Below, piece by piece: positions 58,360-64,000 of a DNA stretch of 64,000 bases; the first letter of the stretch is position 1; every line of letters begins with the position of its first letter. This stretch comes from an uncultured bacterium (lineage in GTDB: Bacteria; Oederibacteriota; JAAXVQ01; JAUVAV01). The position numbers and the translations under genes are program-made. The notes under the pieces are model-generated. The model had not been told where the DNA came from and did not search any database. It saw only the letters and a list, made by a program, of their open reading frames with translations. The stretch covers positions 192,001-256,000 of the forward strand of contig CAVQBK010000001.1 of NCBI GenBank assembly GCA_963710755.1, read 5' to 3'.

Positions 58360-60578
58360 CAGCTCACCACCTTTTCAGTCAGGGACATGGGTATAATGAA
58401 AGAAAAAGTGGATCCGCGTGTAAGTTCGCTCTCCAGGGTTACCGCCCCGTTATGAAATTCGATGATACGTTTAACCATAAACAATCCCAGTCCGTTACCT
58501 TGGTAGCGTTTGTGGCTTTTTTCCACCTGGTGAAAACTATTGAAAATGCTTTCTTTTTCAAATTCCGGAATGCCTTCGCCCTGGTCGGAGATGACAAATT
58601 CCAAATAATAGTGAAAGCCGCCTTTTTTCTTATTAAGGCTGTTGTATTTGGCCAAAGTGGTTTGATCCGCCCAGTTTAATTTGATCTCAATCCGGCCGCC
58701 GAAGGTTGAAAATTTGCAGGCATTGGACATGAGATGCTCCAGCACCAATTTCAGGTATTGTTCGTAACCCACGACTTTGTCCATATCCCGGCAAAGGTCG
58801 AATGTCCATTCCAGCTGTTTATCACTGAAGGTCATATTGACCAGATGCTGCACTTGTTCAATCAATGCTGGGAAATCAATCAGAGAATACTGCGGGGTGT
58901 TTTTATTCTCCATTTGGGCAATAATAATGATATTGTTCAGAAGACTTTCCAAGCGATCGGTGTTTTCACTTAATATTTTTACCAACCCCTGTTTGAATTC
59001 ATCATCAAATGATTGTCCCCACAACATGGCGGAAGCGGCCTTAATACTGGTCAGTGGCGTTTTCAGATTATGGGAGGCCATGGTAAAAAAGCTTTTTTGT
59101 TCTTCATTCAAGGTGACCATACGATTCAAGGCATCTTCAAGCGCTCTGGTTTTATCTCTGATTTTTTCATGCAAATGTTCATTGATATCCCAAAGATCAC
59201 GGCTCATCTGACGGATTTGTTCGTAAAAATAAGCATTATAAAGAGCAATGGACGCCACGGGTTTCAATTTTTCCAAAAACACAATGCCTTGCCTGGGCAT
59301 AACATGGGACTGACCACTGATGACTATACAGCCCAGAAAATTATCACCGAGGACCAGAGGCATTAACACCATGGCATCCAAATAGGTGAAAAATGATTTG
59401 ACCAGGGACAGCTCCGCTTTGACTTGATCCATAAACTCCAGATCGTGAGCAGCCAGCAATCCAGGATGGGATACAAACCAATCCAAGGTACTGTAAAATG
59501 ATGAAGGCATGACCGTATTTTTATGATCTTCGAGTACCACTAATTGTGATTTTTCAATCTGTTTAATGACCAGTTTAAGGCCGTGGCCATGGGTCGCGCC
59601 CTTGATGGCCTGCAATACGTAGTCCGCCCATTTTTCCGGATATTTTAATTTGACCACTTCATTAAACAAGGAAGCGTCAGGGGGTTGCCAAAATTGATTT
59701 TGACCGTGCAATAATTTGGTCAGCCAGGGAATAGTAATTCGGGCATAGGGAATAAGAAAAAGAAAAAGAGGAAAGAACAAGAGCAGTACATGCGCATGGC
59801 TATGACGACTTAACAGGGTTAATATAAATCCAAAGAGCAGCGCTGGTAGTATCGATAGCAGCACCAAAACCATACTGTGAATCAATAGGTTTTGCAATCC
59901 CAAATACAATTTGTAAAAAGGATAATAAATAAACGACGTCACCTCTAAGATATTGATCCCCAGCATTAGCAAAATAAACAGCCATCCCCAAGGTTTGGGT
60001 GAAACGGCGGGCAGCAGCAACGCCATTCCAGTCTGAATCAGCAAAATCCACCCTATCAGTCTATAGCGCTGCCTCAGAAAAGGATCGCGGCGGGAGCGAA
60101 TAGCCTTTAGGCCAAGATAAACAGCCCATGCTACCACCGCAAGGCACCATACCGAAATCCACCATACCGGGCGCGCCAGAACCAGGGTGGGGTCATTCCT
60201 GAAAAATCGAAGAGGATCAAAAATAATCAGATCCAAATAGTACAGACTTAACAAACCGTAGGCCGTAGCCGCCCAAGGCAAGATTGGGCTCTGAAGATTG
60301 AAAAAACGTGTGGTCAGCCAACCTAGTATAAGTGGTGCCAGAACAAGAACACTATAATAAAGCTGCTGGTCCATGCGGCCAGACCCAAGGAGATTACCTG
60401 GCCAGTCTAATAGGGTAGCGGCCAACAACAGACCCCACAATAATTGCCAGACGGCAAGGGCCTTGGCATAGGGCAGCTTTCGAGCCAACGTGACGGCCAT
60501 CAATAGGATGGTGCTGCCGGCTATGAAGGCGAGACTAATGATAGTTATTATCAAGTGATAGGTGTTCAAAAGAAACAT
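58359..60578 (-). CDS. Membrane histidine kinase (multi-TM, GAF-like, HisKA, HATPase), paralog 1
   Basis: Multiple TM helices; MASHNLKTPLT H-box; HLMSNACKFS, DQGEGI, GNGLGLF; stop overlaps the start of paralog 2. Confidence 0.88.
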   Translation of the reverse strand: MFLLNTYHLIITIISLAFIAGSTILLMAVTLARKLPYAKALAVWQLLWGLLLAATLLDWPGNLLGSGRMDQQLYYSVLVLAPLILGWLTTRFFNLQSPILPWAATAYGLLSLYYLDLIIFDPLRFFRNDPTLVLARPVWWISVWCLAVVAWAVYLGLKAIRSRRDPFLRQRYRLIGWILLIQTGMALLLPAVSPKPWGWLFILLMLGINILEVTSFIYYPFYKLYLGLQNLLIHSMVLVLLSILPALLFGFILTLLSRHSHAHVLLLFFPLFLFLIPYARITIPWLTKLLHGQNQFWQPPDASLFNEVVKLKYPEKWADYVLQAIKGATHGHGLKLVIKQIEKSQLVVLEDHKNTVMPSSFYSTLDWFVSHPGLLAAHDLEFMDQVKAELSLVKSFFTYLDAMVLMPLVLGDNFLGCIVISGQSHVMPRQGIVFLEKLKPVASIALYNAYFYEQIRQMSRDLWDINEHLHEKIRDKTRALEDALNRMVTLNEEQKSFFTMASHNLKTPLTSIKAASAMLWGQSFDDEFKQGLVKILSENTDRLESLLNNIIIIAQMENKNTPQYSLIDFPALIEQVQHLVNMTFSDKQLEWTFDLCRDMDKVVGYEQYLKLVLEHLMSNACKFSTFGGRIEIKLNWADQTTLAKYNSLNKKKGGFHYYLEFVISDQGEGIPEFEKESIFNSFHQVEKSHKRYQGNGLGLFMVKRIIEFHNGAVTLESELTRGSTFSFIIPMSLTEKVVS

Positions 60579-60949
60579 CCTTTAATTAAGGATTCAGACA
60601 GTCTAACCCAGCTATAGTGTCGGATACTTAACAGGGGCCATTAATCTTGTTTTTTATCTCGCAGATTATGTTTTCAACCAAACCGGCAATACCGGAATAA
60701 CATTAGTTCATGAACACGTACTTTGAAATCAATACTTACTAATCATCCCCTTGGACAAGGAGGATAGGCGGAGGACATCGGTAAGACGGTATCATCTGAC
60801 GATATCAACCAGCATCTGCTAGGAAAGGCCACTTGGATCACTTCGGAAATCCCACTGGCCTTCGCCGGCGGACGCTCGGGGTGACCTCAGGGGGAGCAAA
60901 TCAAGAGGGGGAAATGGGGGGCCAAATGCTTCAAATCTGTCAGTTCTGG

Positions 60950-61536
60950 TGTAAAAAAATCTGATCATCAAACAAGCTTATCCTATGCCGTTGAGGATAA
61001 TCATGCTTTACACAAGGCTGTAACCTTAGGAAAGCAGACTATTATCCAAACCATCAAAGATACCGAATTAAAAGGACGTGGTGGCGTAGATTAGCAACCC
61101 ATGTTAAGTGGAATTTAACTGCTAAATCTCATAAAACTAAAAAATCGTTATTTGTAATGCTGACGAAGGGGAACCAGGAGCCTTTTAAAATCGCTTATTG
61201 TTATCCGAATAGATCTCGACTATTCTCGAAGGTATGGTTATTTGTGGTTACGCCATAATAGCTAACCGTGGAATTATATATTTACGGTAATTTTATAGAA
61301 TTTTTCAGGGTGAATCCCATGGGTAATGCACGCCATGCAAAATAGGTAATGTGAAACTACTTGAAGGGGTGAATTTGCTGAAGAACGGACAATGTACAGT
61401 TAAATACCTGAGGGAGATCCAGGAGCTTGTCCATACCGTGCAGATGGCCAGTAAATTATAGCTAGGTCAAGTCCTCAGCTAATGTCTTTTTAAGTGTCAT
61501 CAAGCATTTTAAGGACTATATTTTTGGAATAAACTA
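60950..61536 (+). pseudogene. NuoF/HydB-like flavoprotein subunit pseudogene (boundaries approximate)
   Basis: LKGRGG (61068-61085) then TAG; CNADEGEPG (61153-61179) then TAA; ILEGMVICGYAI...GIIYLR; CTPCKIG; stops, frameshifts and loss of the middle region. Confidence 0.85.
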
Positions 61537-61550
61537 ATTTTCTACGACTT

Positions 61551-62807
61551 ATGGCTTAATTACACTCAAAAGGATGATGATAAATTTAATCCTAACCTTT
61601 CTAAGGAACGCCAAGAAAAAGCTAGTCGTGATCCCATCAGTCAACGTGGCCATGTGCTTGGCAAGTCTTCCGGTAACGAGACCAAAGAGACCTTGCTATC
61701 AGTTACTATCGATAGTCATGCTTTCCTGATTCCGTAAACATCACCAGTTTGGGAGCAGCTAAGTTGGTGAACATTCATATTCCTAGGCTTTGCCATCACC
61801 CCCCCCCCCATATGTGTGTAGCCGGCGTATGCCGTATTTGCGTCGTGGAGTTGGACAACCAGCCAACGTTGCAAACCGCTTGTTCTTTCCCGATCACAAG
61901 CCCGGTGGTGGTAAAGACGTCTAACCCGACCGTGCGCAAGGCCAAACGCCATATACTGGACTTGCTGCGCTCCGAACATCACGGCGGATGCTACGCTTGC
62001 TTTCGCAACAAACGCCGTGAGCTTCAGCGTCTTGCCAAGGAATACGGTGTGGATTTTTACCACTTTGGTCATGTGACACAACCGGCCTTTGAAGTTGACC
62101 TTTTTCCCATGCTGTAGCCCGAGATATGAACAAATATAGTCTTTGTAGCCGATGGCGGTCAATGCATTATCCGATGCCCAGCCGACGCTTACGGGCAGCG
62201 ACTTTGACCTGCCCTTTGGCAATAGCTCCGGAGCCGGTCTTATTTTCGGCGCCACCGGGCTCGTCATGGAAGCCGCCCTAAGATCAGCCGTGGAAATGGT
62301 TACCGGACTAAAGGCCGAGACACTTTGGGGACAGTTGTGGGTGGAGGATGTTCGCGGCTTTGAAGACATCAAGTACATGGAGCTAACCATTCTTCAAGTC
62401 AGATCTATTCCTGGATTATTTGAAAAAGCTCAATATTGAAAATTGGGATTTTTTAAAAGGGGTGACCTTAAAATGGCCGTAGCTCATGGTACGGCCAATG
62501 CCCGCAAAGTCATGGAGAACATACGCCAAGGTGGTAAATTTTCAGAGTGTCACTTCATTGAATTCATGGCCTGTCCGGGAGAGTGTTTGGGTGGCAACGG
62601 TCAACCGATTCCGACTTCCGCGGAAATCAGAAAGGCCCGGGCCCAAGCTATTTACCAAGAGGATGAATCACTGCCGATAAGAAAAGCACATGAGAATCCT
62701 CATGCGCTTCATCTTTACGAGGACTTTTAGCCGATGGGCCCAGTGGCAGCATAAGCCATCATCTGCTGCACACCCATTATACCAACAGGGGTAAGGCGAT
62801 TGTGTGA
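61551..62807 (+). pseudogene. [FeFe]-hydrogenase catalytic subunit (HydA/HndD-like) pseudogene
   Basis: IPRLCHHP..GVCRICVVE..TAC ([2Fe-2S]), SEH..CYAC; GAGLIFGATGLVMEAALRS; mutated L3 motif EFMACPGECLGGNGQP; HENP...LLHTHY; internal stops at 62437 and 62728; 2[4Fe-4S] and L1/L2 regions not found. Confidence 0.88.
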
Positions 62808-63308
62808 TGAATATTTACCTTATAAAATAAGGTTAATATAATTTTAGGCAATACCGTTATTTTCTGATATTTTGAGATAACAAAAAAAACTTAGTTGCTG
62901 GCCGGCTTTGGGAAATAGCGCTCCAATGGATCCGGCCAGTTGCGGTTTAACCGTAAGGGCAACTTTTTTATTGTGCCCATCATAAGCTGCGCACAACAGG
63001 GAAGCCATGAAAATGGTTTCTATTGTCGTATCAGATAAGATTCCTTAGCTCTGACCTTTGGGGAGGTTATTTTAAAATTATTGAGCCCTTATAATTAATG
63101 CGGATCCTAGTCCCGGAATCTACATATTCTTTTACGATCATTAGGGCAAACGTAAGCCATCTCACCTAGACGTTTACCGGCCACGAAACGTCCCGCCCGG
63201 GTAAAAGCCCGCCAGTTTCTTCCTGGCATCATCTTAATAAATTTTTTTCTGCTTGTGTTCTCCAGACCGGACTGATAATTTAAGACAGATTTAAATTGGA
63301 GTTGAGCA

Positions 63309-64000
63309 ATGAAAATGGAAACCTGTGAATTAACGCAATGGTTGCAGGAAAGGGACCCTCGTCGACTGGAAGACCTATGGTCAAGGGCCGATCGGCAACG
63401 GGAAGACCATGTTGGCAACCAGGTGCATTTAAGAGGATTGCTTGAAATCTCCAATCATTGCGGGCGTTCTTGCTGGTATTGCGGGCTAAGAAAAGAACGA
63501 ACATCCTTGACACGCTATCGCATGTCCAAAGAGGAAATAATGGACTGCGTGTTACAGGCCCAACGCTTTGGATATGGTACTGTGGTTATCCAAGCCGGAG
63601 AAGATCAAGGGTTGGAAGTTAGCTTCATCTCAAAACTGGTGGAAAAAATCAAGAGCGAGACCACACTGGCTGTAACCCTTTCTTTGGGAGAACAGCCACA
63701 AGAGGTTTATCGAACCTGGCGCGAAGCCGGCGCCGATCGTTATTTACTGCGTATTGAAACAACCAACGAAGAATTGCTAAACCGAATTCATCCTGGCCAA
63801 CCTTTTGGCCAGCGCAAGGATCATCTCAAAACTTTAAAGCAACTCGGCTACGAAGTGGGTTCAGGCATCATGGTGGGCATTCCCGGCCAAACCTATGCCA
63901 TGGTGGTTAATGACTTGTTATGGTTTCAAAGCTTTGACCTGGATATGATTGGTATCGGGCCCTATCTTTCTCATCCACAAACACCGCTGGCCATGATAGG
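63309..64000 (+). CDS. hydE: [FeFe]-hydrogenase maturase HydE (radical SAM), 3'-truncated by the window edge
   Basis: Open from ATG 63309 to the end: VHLRGLLEISNHCGRSCWYCGLR, VVIQAGED, TLSLGE, GADRYLLRIET, GSGIMVGIPGQ, MIGIGPY..HP.TP. Confidence 0.9.
   Translation, partial: MKMETCELTQWLQERDPRRLEDLWSRADRQREDHVGNQVHLRGLLEISNHCGRSCWYCGLRKERTSLTRYRMSKEEIMDCVLQAQRFGYGTVVIQAGEDQGLEVSFISKLVEKIKSETTLAVTLSLGEQPQEVYRTWREAGADRYLLRIETTNEELLNRIHPGQPFGQRKDHLKTLKQLGYEVGSGIMVGIPGQTYAMVVNDLLWFQSFDLDMIGIGPYLSHPQTPLAMI

Noticed and set aside
60780-60950. Possible NuoE/HydC remnant (RYHLTISTSIC)
   Set aside because: Similarity too short and degenerate to support by eye.
61716-62390. 224-aa minus-strand ORF
   Set aside because: Antisense to recognisable hydA fragments; no motif of its own.
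60950-62807. Stop-codon reassignment or Sec/Pyl read-through in the hydrogenase genes
   Set aside because: All three stop types occur along with frameshifts and deletions, and normal genes here end in TAA, TAG and TGA.

Overview
A 64-kb chromosomal window from a diderm (TolC, TonB-type barrel), probably anaerobic bacterium. It is mostly housekeeping: RND/TolC pump, hom-thrC-apgM-lysC, trxAB, secA, tRNA-Phe and tRNA-Thr, rpsP-khpA-rimM-trmD-rplS-rnhB-yraN, HU, spoIID-queA, tgt-yajC, miaB and mutS. The best candidate for an undescribed system lies in an ~11-kb signalling block that splits queA from tgt. There a double-domain KaiC-like ATPase fused to a receiver domain is coupled to two histidine kinases, one canonical (H-E-L-R-T) and one lacking the acidic H+1 residue (H-T-M-R-T), which suggests push-pull phosphocontrol of a KaiC ring without KaiA or KaiB. 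A second candidate is an envelope module: a ~1000-aa TPR protein, a short TonB-box beta-barrel and ExbB/ExbD/TonB-like genes. Other points: yraN split at an in-frame A_AAA_AAG/A9 slippery site, an internal beta-subunit start in aspartokinase, an unannotated 50-aa membrane protein, two MITE-like elements with shared ends but different REP-like interiors, tandem membrane kinases with H-N boxes, and a decayed [FeFe]-hydrogenase locus beside an apparently intact hydE. No CRISPR array, rRNA, integrase or transposase was seen. All calls are by eye from motifs and gene context; no database searches were run.
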